A stretch of 28,452 nucleotides of DNA from positions 1 through 28,452 of the IMG/VR virus record IMGVR_UViG_3300022666_000258; one strand, 5' to 3'. The notes under the pieces were generated by a model that worked only from the letters and a program-made list of their open reading frames with translations, did no database searches and was not told the DNA's origin. The translations under genes and the position numbers were made by a program. Shown in pieces: positions 8,113 through 15,953 of the stretch (position 1 is its first letter; each line of letters begins with the position of its first letter). Origin of the DNA: a virus (Duplodnaviria; Caudoviricetes).

Positions 8113-8160
8113 GCGGGTCCTTCCAGCAGGGGGCTGCATGCGGGCGACAAGGCTCCCAAT
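8113..8160 (+). other. Putative cos site (cosQ plus cosN-like)
   Basis: GGGTCCT at 8115-8121 is identical to lambda cosQ; followed 20 nt later by GGGCGACAAGGC; the phage has a GpA terminase. Confidence 0.6.
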
Positions 8161-8231
8161 AAACGTGCAGGTTCAGAGTTTTTCGAGTTCCGGAATATCG
8201 TAACACACTGATAAATCAGGGAGATTGCTGG

Positions 8232-8645
8232 ATGGTCACGATCGAGAAAGCACTGCAGGTGGTAGTCAGAAGCGCGGCCTGGGAATGGATGTGCAACGAA
8301 TATCTCCCGGCCGGGCCTGTCTGTCCAGGGTGTGGAACCGCCATCACCGGCGCCAGGGCGCTCCTGGCATTCCGCGACTGCGGCCAGGTCTACTGCGCCG
8401 GCTGCGGCAAACGGTTCCGGGCCACCTTCGGCACTCCAATCCATGAGACCAGCTGGCAGCCGGAAGAGTATCTACAGTGCCTCATCCTCCACCTGGCCGG
8501 CAAGAGCCCGTCGGCCATCGGCGCCCAGCTCGGGAAGTCAGGGCATGCCGTCCGCGACATGCTCGAACGGATCCGGTTGCGGCACGATCCGCCCCGGTCC
8601 CGGATGTCATCTCCTGGAATGCAGGCGTACAGCATGGGGATATAA
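8232..8645 (+). CDS. Zn-ribbon plus HTH protein resembling the N-terminal half of an IS1595-family transposase (no DDE domain)
   Basis: CPGCG...YCAGCGKRFRATFGTPIH.T...IGAQLGKS..AV..MLERIR. Confidence 0.75.
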   Translation: MVTIEKALQVVVRSAAWEWMCNEYLPAGPVCPGCGTAITGARALLAFRDCGQVYCAGCGKRFRATFGTPIHETSWQPEEYLQCLILHLAGKSPSAIGAQLGKSGHAVRDMLERIRLRHDPPRSRMSSPGMQAYSMGI

Positions 8646-8709
8646 AGGGCGCGCGGCGCGGAGGGGGAGGGGCGAGGAGACCGGCCCCCTGCAACTCACA
8701 GGAGACGAT

Positions 8710-9831
8710 ATGGAAATCACGGTAAACAGGCAGGACCTCATGCACTCGTTGGACAAAATCCTTGCCGCGGTGGCGAGGAGATCGCGGATGGAGATATTGT
8801 CGCACATTCAACTGGCCGGCATCGCCGGCGGAGGCCTCCGCCTTTCGGCAACTGACCTGAGAGTCCACGCGACTGCTGAATGCCGGGCTGATATTGATTC
8901 TCCGTCCGCCTGTGCCATACCAGCCGAAAAACTTCACGGCATTGTTAACAGCATCGACGCCGAACTCATAACAATGTCGCTTGGTGATACCATGACCATG
9001 GAAATTGCCGGAGACAGCAGAAAATACAGCGTATCATGCCTGTCGGCAGAAGAATTCCCGGACTTTCCGTCCATCCCCGCGGATCCGACGCACATCTGCG
9101 GCGGAGCGCTTCCGGACCTGATAACCGCCGTACAGCATGCTTCCTGCCGCGATGAATCCAAATTCCACCTCTGCGGCGTGCATTTAATCAGCGAAGGTGG
9201 AAAATTAACCGCGGTTGCCACCGATGGTCACCGCATGGCGCTTGCCGCCAAAGAACTCCTCAACTTCGATAACCGCATCAACCCGGGCATAACCATTCTC
9301 ACCCCCGCCTGCAAGCTCATATCAGCCATCACTGGAGAAATAGAGTACCGAATGGCTGAAGACGGCAACAACATCCACCTCACCGGCGGAGGCCTCGGAC
9401 TCGCAGTCCGGCTTCCTGAAGGGCAATATCCCGCGTTCCGCAGAATATTGCAGGATGATCTCAAGCACGCATTCACGGTGTCCGCGAGTGACTTTGCGGC
9501 AGCAATCGAAGCGTGCGGCGTCATGACAGAAGGCGAATACAAGGGTGTTCGTCTGGCAATGTCTGAAGATACTCTCACCGTTTCCGCCATCTCCCGCGTA
9601 GGAGTGGCATCCGCCACTATTCCTGCCATGGGAGATCCGGGCCTCGACATCATGGTCAACTCGAAGTTTCTACTACAGTCGGTCAAATCCATGCGCGGCG
9701 AACTATTCGTAAAATACAATAACGCACTTTGCCCCTTAATGCTGATACCGGTAGATCACGGGCCATGGGATGAACGGGTGGAAATCCTGATGCCACTCAG
9801 AGACGGACTCTCAGCGGGCGCCGGATCGTAA
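8710..9831 (+). CDS. dnaN: DNA polymerase III beta sliding clamp (phage-encoded, divergent)
   Basis: AGGAG RBS; ATDL, EEFPDFP, VATDGHRMA, EGQYP, NSKFL, ILMPLR; 373 aa. Confidence 0.92.
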   Translation: MEITVNRQDLMHSLDKILAAVARRSRMEILSHIQLAGIAGGGLRLSATDLRVHATAECRADIDSPSACAIPAEKLHGIVNSIDAELITMSLGDTMTMEIAGDSRKYSVSCLSAEEFPDFPSIPADPTHICGGALPDLITAVQHASCRDESKFHLCGVHLISEGGKLTAVATDGHRMALAAKELLNFDNRINPGITILTPACKLISAITGEIEYRMAEDGNNIHLTGGGLGLAVRLPEGQYPAFRRILQDDLKHAFTVSASDFAAAIEACGVMTEGEYKGVRLAMSEDTLTVSAISRVGVASATIPAMGDPGLDIMVNSKFLLQSVKSMRGELFVKYNNALCPLMLIPVDHGPWDERVEILMPLRDGLSAGAGS

Positions 9832-9910
9832 GACGTAGCAGGCCGCCTGGGGCGAATTAATGCAAAACAACAAAGCGCTCGAAGGATAAAAAATAGAGAA
9901 AGGAAACGCC

Positions 9911-10216
9911 ATGTCAGATTTCTTGCCGGTTTACAACTTCCCCCCCACGAAATTCGTCGAAGAAAACACCCTCGGCGACCAACTCGACCACGTCATGTCC
10001 GAGGACCTCGAAGTTCTGGAAATCGTCCAGATGAAATACGAAGACCTCGAAGAAGCCTGCAAGGACGACCACCTTCTCGAGGAAATGGTCGACAAAACCC
10101 AGTCCCTGGAAACCTTCTGGCGGATCATGGAGAAAAAACACGGTCAGGAGTACGTCCAGGGTCTGTTCGCAAAGGTCAAGAACAAATGCCGGACAAAGGG
10201 ATACTACGGTGACTGA
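9911..10216 (+). CDS. MazG-like all-alpha NTP pyrophosphohydrolase
   Basis: QLDHVMSEDLEV...EEMVD acidic motifs; 101 aa. Confidence 0.55.
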   Translation: MSDFLPVYNFPPTKFVEENTLGDQLDHVMSEDLEVLEIVQMKYEDLEEACKDDHLLEEMVDKTQSLETFWRIMEKKHGQEYVQGLFAKVKNKCRTKGYYGD

Positions 10217-10382
10217 AATCACCATTCTCATCATCGGCATAGGAATCGGCTATTTCTGGGCCATGTGGCGCGTAGACAACATCCGCATCAACGGCATGAA
10301 GGTTTACACGACAGTCAATGCAAAGGAATTCTGGGAACAGGCGGAAGCATGGAAAAAGCGACAGGATGGTGGACCGTCGTGA
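10209..10382 (+). CDS. Small N-terminal TM protein (57 aa; below the ORF track cut-off)
   Basis: GTG start, MTEITILIIGIGIGYFWAMWR...; overlaps both neighbours. Confidence 0.6.
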   Translation: MTEITILIIGIGIGYFWAMWRVDNIRINGMKVYTTVNAKEFWEQAEAWKKRQDGGPS

Positions 10383-10591
10383 CCGCCTTCACCTGGATAA
10401 TAACCATCATCAGCCTGATCGGCGTCGTGCTCAACATCCGCCAGGACCGGCGCTGCTTCTACCTGTGGACCGTAACCAATACATCCTGGCTGGCGGTCGA
10501 CTTCAATAAGGGCCTGCATGCCCAGGCCGCCATGTTTCTCGTCTATCTGGTGTTATCGGTATGGGGAATCTACTCGTGGAAAAAGAAATAA
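10379..10591 (+). CDS. Half-size PnuC-like (nicotinamide riboside transporter-like) membrane protein
   Basis: Three hydrophobic helices; GVVLNI...CFYLW..N..W....GL.AQ...Y...S.WG.Y.W; GTGA-coupled start. Confidence 0.7.
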   Translation: MTAFTWIITIISLIGVVLNIRQDRRCFYLWTVTNTSWLAVDFNKGLHAQAAMFLVYLVLSVWGIYSWKKK

Positions 10592-10593
10592 CC

Positions 10594-11919
10594 ATGCAGA
10601 TAGAAAAGTGGGAAACCGGCCGGCTCTCCCCCTACGCCCGCAGCCCGAGAAAAAACGACCATGCTGTCAAGGCAATGGTTAAGGCAATTAGGACCTACGG
10701 ATTCCGAGTTCCCCTCCTGGCCCGTTCGGACGGAGAAATAATTGATGGCCATCTACGGCTCAAGGCCGCTAAAGCTGCCGGTCTTACCGAAGTTCCAGTC
10801 ATCTCGGTCGATGATCTCACCGAGACGCAAATCAAAGCGTTTCGCATCAGCATCAACCGCATGGCTGAACTTGCGGAATGGGATCTCGACCTCCTGAAGC
10901 TGGAGCTTGAAAACCTCAGTGCAATGGATTTCAGCCTTGACCTGACCGGTCTCGACGATGCCCTGGTCGAAAAACTCCTTGGCAACATCAGCCCCACCGA
11001 AGGGCTCACCGATCCCGATTCGGTGCCGGACCTGCCTGTTGAGCCTGTTACCCGACCAGGAAACATGTGGTTGCTCGGGCACCATCGTCTGCTTTGTGGA
11101 GATTCAACCAGCATAGACTGCATGCAGCGACTACTTTCGGGAGAGCATGCCGATCTGGTGTTCACAGATCCTCCCTACAATGTCGATTACAAGGGAGGCA
11201 CGAAGGAGGCCCTGACAATAAAGAACGACAAAATGAAATCATCAGATTTCTACCAGTTTCTTTACAACTGCTTTGCCGCCGCAGCTGCCGTTTGCCGACC
11301 TGGCACACCCATCTACGTCTGTCATTCGGATTCTGAAGGTATCAACTTCAGACAGAGCCTCATCGATTCCGGCTGGCTGGTAAAATCCTGCCTGATATGG
11401 GTTAAGAACCATTTCAAACTCGGCCGCATGGATTACCACATGCGGCACGAGCCCATCCTTTACGGATGGAAAGCGGGAGGTCCGCACAAGTGGTTCGGTG
11501 GACGGAAGCTCTCCACGGTACTAGAAGAAATGCCGGGACTCGTAATTACCCCGAACGATGCCGGCGCCGAAATGATGTTCAGTGATGGCGAGCGCTTTTG
11601 TACCATCCAGGTTCCGTCCTACGAGATTCTTGCCGCCAGTGATGACACCACGACCACCATCTGGAAAGTGAATAAGCCCCTCAAGAGCCCCGATCACCCG
11701 ACGACCAAGCCTGTCGACATCCCGAGGAGAGCGATTGTCAACTCTTCGCTTAACGGCAACAACATCCTAGACCTGTTTTTAGGCTCCGGATCGACGCTGA
11801 TTGCTTGCGAAATGTCTGGCCGCATCTGTTACGGCATGGAACTCGATCCAAAATATTGCGACGTAATCGTCAAGCGCTGGGAGCAATTCACGGGAAGGAA
11901 GGCGGAGCTTGCCAATTGA
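10594..11919 (+). CDS. ParB-like N-terminal domain fused to an N6/N4 amino-methyltransferase (beta class)
   Basis: IIDGHLRLKAA; FTDPPYN; HPTTKP; LDLFLGSGST; ELDPKY. Confidence 0.95.
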   Translation: MQIEKWETGRLSPYARSPRKNDHAVKAMVKAIRTYGFRVPLLARSDGEIIDGHLRLKAAKAAGLTEVPVISVDDLTETQIKAFRISINRMAELAEWDLDLLKLELENLSAMDFSLDLTGLDDALVEKLLGNISPTEGLTDPDSVPDLPVEPVTRPGNMWLLGHHRLLCGDSTSIDCMQRLLSGEHADLVFTDPPYNVDYKGGTKEALTIKNDKMKSSDFYQFLYNCFAAAAAVCRPGTPIYVCHSDSEGINFRQSLIDSGWLVKSCLIWVKNHFKLGRMDYHMRHEPILYGWKAGGPHKWFGGRKLSTVLEEMPGLVITPNDAGAEMMFSDGERFCTIQVPSYEILAASDDTTTTIWKVNKPLKSPDHPTTKPVDIPRRAIVNSSLNGNNILDLFLGSGSTLIACEMSGRICYGMELDPKYCDVIVKRWEQFTGRKAELAN

Positions 11920-12776
11920 GCGACAAACTTGATGCCATCATCAAGCAGAAAGAGCAATTGCTCAAAATCGGCCTCGCCAAGGCAATGCAATCATACCAAA
12001 TGGACAACAGCATTGAAAATCTGCGAAGAATGCAGGCGGCCGAGAAGGCGCTTGCCGAAATCCAGGCAAACAATCCCGATTCTTCCGGAGACCCTGAAGG
12101 TGCTCTTGCCGTGAAAGAAACCGAACTGACAGCCGCCCGCGACGCCGCCCTCGAAGCCGTCCAGGCCAAGCCCACCGGCGCCAACCGCAAGGCATACCGC
12201 AAGGCCTGCCGTGATCTGGAAGAGTTCCTGCGCGCCAGACAGGAGCCCGGCTCAGCGGAGCGGATATTCTCCTCCATTCTCGATGTCGTCCACTACCTCG
12301 ACCAGGAAGGCTGGAAAATATCCAAAACCACCGCTTACGACCATTGGAAGCGCGAAGGGAAAATCAAGGCCCGCCCCCAGGGCGGTTTCACCATCTCGGC
12401 GGTCCAGGAATACGCCCGCCTCCACCTGCAGCGCAAGGACGGCGCCAGCGGCAACGGAGACCTCCAGTCCCAAAAGGTCGCCGCCGAAGTCCGCCGGATC
12501 CTGAGCGATGCCGAAATGCGAGAGCTCAAGCTCCGCACTGCCCTGGGCGAACTGATGCCGAAAAGCCAGGTCGAGATAGAGCTCGCCGAGCGGGCTGGCA
12601 ATCTCAAGACCTACTTTGCCGCCGTCTTCCGCAGTTCCGCCGGCAGAATTATCAAAATAGTCAAAGGGGACCCGCAAACCGCCGCGGAGCTGATTTCCTT
12701 CCTGTTGGGGCTGAATAAGAAGGCGTTCGACAATTACAGCAGGCCGATCGAGGGAATAGAGGAAGAGGAAGAGTAG
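11916..12776 (+). CDS. Terminase small subunit (Nu1-like) with an N-terminal helical extension
   Basis: TTGA overlap with the MTase; HTH (ISKTTAYDHW); AEMRELKL...GEL coiled coil; directly upstream of TerL. Confidence 0.7.
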   Translation: MSDKLDAIIKQKEQLLKIGLAKAMQSYQMDNSIENLRRMQAAEKALAEIQANNPDSSGDPEGALAVKETELTAARDAALEAVQAKPTGANRKAYRKACRDLEEFLRARQEPGSAERIFSSILDVVHYLDQEGWKISKTTAYDHWKREGKIKARPQGGFTISAVQEYARLHLQRKDGASGNGDLQSQKVAAEVRRILSDAEMRELKLRTALGELMPKSQVEIELAERAGNLKTYFAAVFRSSAGRIIKIVKGDPQTAAELISFLLGLNKKAFDNYSRPIEGIEEEEE

Positions 12777-12847
12777 CGGCCAAGATTTGAGCGGCTTGTC
12801 CACTCCAGCCTGCGTTATGCTACCGGCAAAAAAAGCGGAATAACTCA

Positions 12848-14809
12848 ATGTCCAATCTCGCCGAAAAATACGACTGGCTCCCGGCGCCGCCGCCCCGGAG
12901 ATTCAAACTCCTCCCGGGCGAAATAGCGGTCATGCGCGCGCGGCCGGAACAGACATGCAGCCAGTGGGCGCACGGCAACCGCTACGTTGCCGTCGGCGCC
13001 ATGCCCGGCCCCTATGACATCGACGTCACCCCCTACGCCCGCGGCCTGCTCGACGCCTTCTCCCTCGAATACCTCCTCGAGCTGTTTCTGTGCGGCGGTT
13101 CCCAGTCCGCCAAGACCGCCATCATGCACACCTGCTGGGGCTACGCCCAGGAGACCGAACCCGACCAGGCCCTCATCGTCATGCAGGACCGGGATACCGG
13201 CAGCGAAACCATCAACGACCGGCTCATCCCCATGATTCACAACACACCCACGCTCCGCAAACTGCGCACAAAAAACCCCGACGACATCGCCCACCGCCGC
13301 ATCCGGCTGCGCAACGGCGCCGTCACCTACCTGGCCTGGTCCAACTCCGAAGGCCGTCTCGCATCCAAGCCCATGCGCTACGGCTTCGCCGACGAGGTGG
13401 ACCTCTGGCCCGAGGCTGCCATCACCCGCTTCCGCGCGCGTTTCCGCACCTACGAAGCCTTGCGCATGTCCAAGATCATCGAGGCCTGTACCGCGTCAAC
13501 CGCCGCCGGCCGCATCTGGCAGGCGCAAAAGCAGGCCCAGGCGATATGGGATTTCTACGCCGTATGCCCATTCTGCGGACATTCCCAGGCGATCAAGTTC
13601 GGCCAGGTGCGCTGGCCCGAAAGCATCATCGACCCCGCCGACCTCGCTGAAAAGGGCATCGCCTGGTACGAATGCGAAGGCCGCGGCTGCCGGTGGGATG
13701 AAGACGACCGCGACCAAGCCGTCACCCTGGGAGCGCAGGTCCACGACCCGCCGCACTCCTTCCACGGCTGGCGGCCCCGCGAAGGCTCGCTCCGCTCCCC
13801 GCGGCCGGCCAAGATCTGGGCGCACATCCCGCCCCTCATCTCCCGCTTCGTCGACTTTCACAAGGTAGCGGCCGCCTACCTGGAGATGCAGCTCCGCCCG
13901 ACACCGGCCAACACCGTCTATTTCTGGAACGACTGCCTGGGGCTGCCGGTCCCCGAGGATGCCGACGGCGACCTCCCGCGCGAAACCGAGCTCTACAAAA
14001 CCCGGCGCGAAACCTACGCCCCCGAAGGGGCCGGCTGGACCGTCCCCCTGGCCGCATGCCTCCTTACCGCCGACGTAGACGTCCAGAGCAACCGTCTCGA
14101 ATGCGAGGTAGTCGCCTGGGGTCCCGGAGACGAATGCTGGGGCCTGCAATACAAGTCCTTTCACGGCGACCCGCTCAAGGACGATCCGCTCTCCGCGGAC
14201 ACCGGAGTATGGGCGCAGCTGCACAACTTCCTGCAGAACGAACGCTTCCGCCACGAATCCGGCGTCGACCTGCGCATCGCCGCCGCCGGTGTCGACATCG
14301 GCTTCGCCGCCCGCCGCGTCGCCAAGTTCGTCAGCCGTGACCGGCGGCGTTACATCGCCCACAAAGGGAGCAACAACCCGGCCGATCCGTTCGTCCCGCG
14401 CAAGCCCAGCAAGAGCAAGCACGGCGTAGCGTTCTACCTGCTCGGCGTCGCCGAAGGCAAGGACACCCTGTTTGCCTGGCTCGCCAGCGCCGACGGCGCC
14501 GGCCGCCTTCACTTCCCGCAGCACTACGACTTCGAATGGTTCAGGATGCTCTGCGCCGAACACCCCGTCCGCGAGAAAGACCGGCGGACCGGCAAAATGG
14601 TCAGCGTCTGGAAACTCCGCGAAGGCTACACCCGCAACGAGGCCCTTGATATCAGGGTCGGCAACATGGCGGTGAGGGAGATACTGAATCCGAATTATGA
14701 AGCCCTGCGTCTAGCCATGCTGCACCAGCCGCAATCAAGGCAGGCGCCTGCGCCGACCGGCAGGCCGCAGGCGCCCAGGTTGCCGTCTTGGTTCCGGAAC
14801 AGGGGGTGA
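12848..14809 (+). CDS. terL: Terminase large subunit, GpA family
   Basis: TPY; SQSAKT Walker A; FADEVD Walker B; CPFCG; DVDVQ and NEALD nuclease motifs. Confidence 0.96.
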   Translation: MSNLAEKYDWLPAPPPRRFKLLPGEIAVMRARPEQTCSQWAHGNRYVAVGAMPGPYDIDVTPYARGLLDAFSLEYLLELFLCGGSQSAKTAIMHTCWGYAQETEPDQALIVMQDRDTGSETINDRLIPMIHNTPTLRKLRTKNPDDIAHRRIRLRNGAVTYLAWSNSEGRLASKPMRYGFADEVDLWPEAAITRFRARFRTYEALRMSKIIEACTASTAAGRIWQAQKQAQAIWDFYAVCPFCGHSQAIKFGQVRWPESIIDPADLAEKGIAWYECEGRGCRWDEDDRDQAVTLGAQVHDPPHSFHGWRPREGSLRSPRPAKIWAHIPPLISRFVDFHKVAAAYLEMQLRPTPANTVYFWNDCLGLPVPEDADGDLPRETELYKTRRETYAPEGAGWTVPLAACLLTADVDVQSNRLECEVVAWGPGDECWGLQYKSFHGDPLKDDPLSADTGVWAQLHNFLQNERFRHESGVDLRIAAAGVDIGFAARRVAKFVSRDRRRYIAHKGSNNPADPFVPRKPSKSKHGVAFYLLGVAEGKDTLFAWLASADGAGRLHFPQHYDFEWFRMLCAEHPVREKDRRTGKMVSVWKLREGYTRNEALDIRVGNMAVREILNPNYEALRLAMLHQPQSRQAPAPTGRPQAPRLPSWFRNRG

Positions 14810-14811
14810 CC

Positions 14812-14871
14812 ATGAAGAAAGTGATAATAATCGATAAATTGCCGGAGCTTGAGAAGGGAAGGGGACAATAA
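14812..14871 (+). CDS. 19-aa micro-ORF coupling terL to the HTH gene
   Basis: ATG 2 nt after the terL stop; its TAA overlaps the next ATG (TAATG). Confidence 0.35.
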   Translation: MKKVIIIDKLPELEKGRGQ

Positions 14872-15080
14872 TGGAAAAACCCCGGGTCTACAGGAAAACA
14901 TCCATGCTCACTGTGCAAGAGGTATGTAAACGGATGAGTTGCAGCCGCCGCCACGTCTACAACCTCATAGAACGCGGCGAGCTACCGGCGTTTCGGTATG
15001 GGGGGATTCGCGGGCTGAGGGTGCCCGAAACAGGGGTTGAGGAATTCATTACTCAGCGCATGGTGGACCCCGGCGTATGA
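14871..15080 (+). CDS. Excisionase/MerR-like (HTH_17) DNA-binding protein; candidate late activator
   Basis: MLTVQEVCKRMSCSRRHVYNLIERGELPAFR...LRVP. Confidence 0.85.
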   Translation: MEKPRVYRKTSMLTVQEVCKRMSCSRRHVYNLIERGELPAFRYGGIRGLRVPETGVEEFITQRMVDPGV

Positions 15081-15091
15081 TGAGTGCCGGA

Positions 15092-15490
15092 TTACGTGCG
15101 GTGTTCGTCCATGAAATCCCCAGCCGCCCTGGCCAGAAAAGAAGACCGGTTCATCCCATGTGCCGAAGCATACTCATCGATGCGCCTCAACAGGTTTTCC
15201 GGAAGGGTGATGTTCACCCGCTTCGCCCTTGTAGATATCCGTGAAAGGTCGATATCAACCAGCATCCACACCCCGCCTTCATATTCCGGATTTCCCGCCA
15301 GCTTCTCCAGGGGCGTAGGCGCCGGAATCTCTCCCGCTTCTCCGTGAAAATGGCATTCCGCCGCCGCCTGGATATTCCCCGGCAGATCCTCCCACCTGTC
15401 CGCAGCCGAAAAACACCCCGGAAAGTCGGGGATGGTAACCCCGTGGCAATGCCTGTCGTCTCCCACGTGGACATAGACCGGATACAACAT
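15092..15490 (-). CDS. hicB: HicB antitoxin (with RHH C-terminus)
   Basis: YPV...GVTIPDFPGCFSA; IPAP; KRVNITLPENLLRRID...NRSSFL; GGAGG RBS. Confidence 0.93.
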   Translation of the reverse strand: MLYPVYVHVGDDRHCHGVTIPDFPGCFSAADRWEDLPGNIQAAAECHFHGEAGEIPAPTPLEKLAGNPEYEGGVWMLVDIDLSRISTRAKRVNITLPENLLRRIDEYASAHGMNRSSFLARAAGDFMDEHRT

Positions 15491-15496
15491 GTTTTT

Positions 15497-15601
15497 TTAC
15501 CTCCATTTCCAACCGGCTTGCTGGTAGATGCTTTTCAGGGTCCCTGTCGGCAGGTCCTTCTTTGGGTGCGGCACCGTCACCTTGCCCGGTTTTTCCGAAG
15601 G
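15497..15601 (-). pseudogene. hicA: 5'-truncated HicA toxin remnant
   Basis: EKPGKVTVPHPKKDLPTGTLKSIYQQAGW is the HicA C-terminal half; the N-terminus and GSH catalytic motif are absent. Confidence 0.85.
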
Positions 15602-15644
15602 GTCAAAAAAAACTTCAAAAAAATGCATCATACGAAAAAAAGTT

Positions 15645-15689
15645 GTGCACCACGTGCACGAGGCGCACAAGGCGCATGACGTGCATGAC
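15645..15689 (+). repeat. Five tandem 9-bp repeats, GYGCAYnAS
   Basis: GTGCACCAC GTGCACGAG GCGCACAAG GCGCATGAC GTGCATGAC. Confidence 0.9.
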
Positions 15690-15720
15690 TTCCCCTCTCT
15701 TTTTTGCCATCCTCCCCCCA
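15685..15720 (+). promoter_or_regulatory. Putative leaderless late promoter
   Basis: ATGACT-17 nt-CATCCT (with TG extension)-6 nt-ATG; no Shine-Dalgarno before 15720. Confidence 0.55.
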
Positions 15721-15953
15721 TGGCAATCTTCACCATCACTGAAATCGAAGCTCAGATCGCCGCCTACAAAGCGGCGCTCCTCGCTGTTGCCGGCGGCAAG
15801 AGCTACCGCATGGCGAATGGCGCAACTGATCGCACTTGGACCAGCGAGGATATTGCCGAAATCCGCAAAACCCTCGAATGGCTCGACAGCGAGCGCCAGA
15901 AGGTCATCATCGGCGCTGGTCCGCAGATCCTCGTAGGGAGGCCCAGACGATGA
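15720..15953 (+). CDS. gpW-like head-tail joining protein
   Basis: 77 aa, A...AVAGGKSY.....R..T..D..EI; directly before the portal with ATGA overlap. Confidence 0.85.
   Translation: MAIFTITEIEAQIAAYKAALLAVAGGKSYRMANGATDRTWTSEDIAEIRKTLEWLDSERQKVIIGAGPQILVGRPRR

Noticed and set aside
8200-8700. Intact IS1595 element
   Set aside because: No DDE domain, terminal inverted repeats or target duplication seen
8332-8709. 126-aa N-terminal extension of DnaN in the ORF track
   Set aside because: It overlaps the Zn/HTH gene out of frame and is low-complexity; the RBS and clamp homology start at 8710
11805-11915. Upstream extension of TerS
   Set aside because: It lies inside the MTase gene; TTG 11916 has an RBS and a stop-start overlap
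12796-12821. Sigma70 promoter before terL (TTGTCC...TATGCT)
   Set aside because: The spacer is only 14 nt
15645-15689. CRISPR array
   Set aside because: 9-bp tandem units with no spacers and no cas genes
15602-15739. Full-length 80-aa HicA with a Cys-rich N-terminus
   Set aside because: The N-terminal part is just the translation of the 9-bp repeats and A-tracts and has no GSH motif
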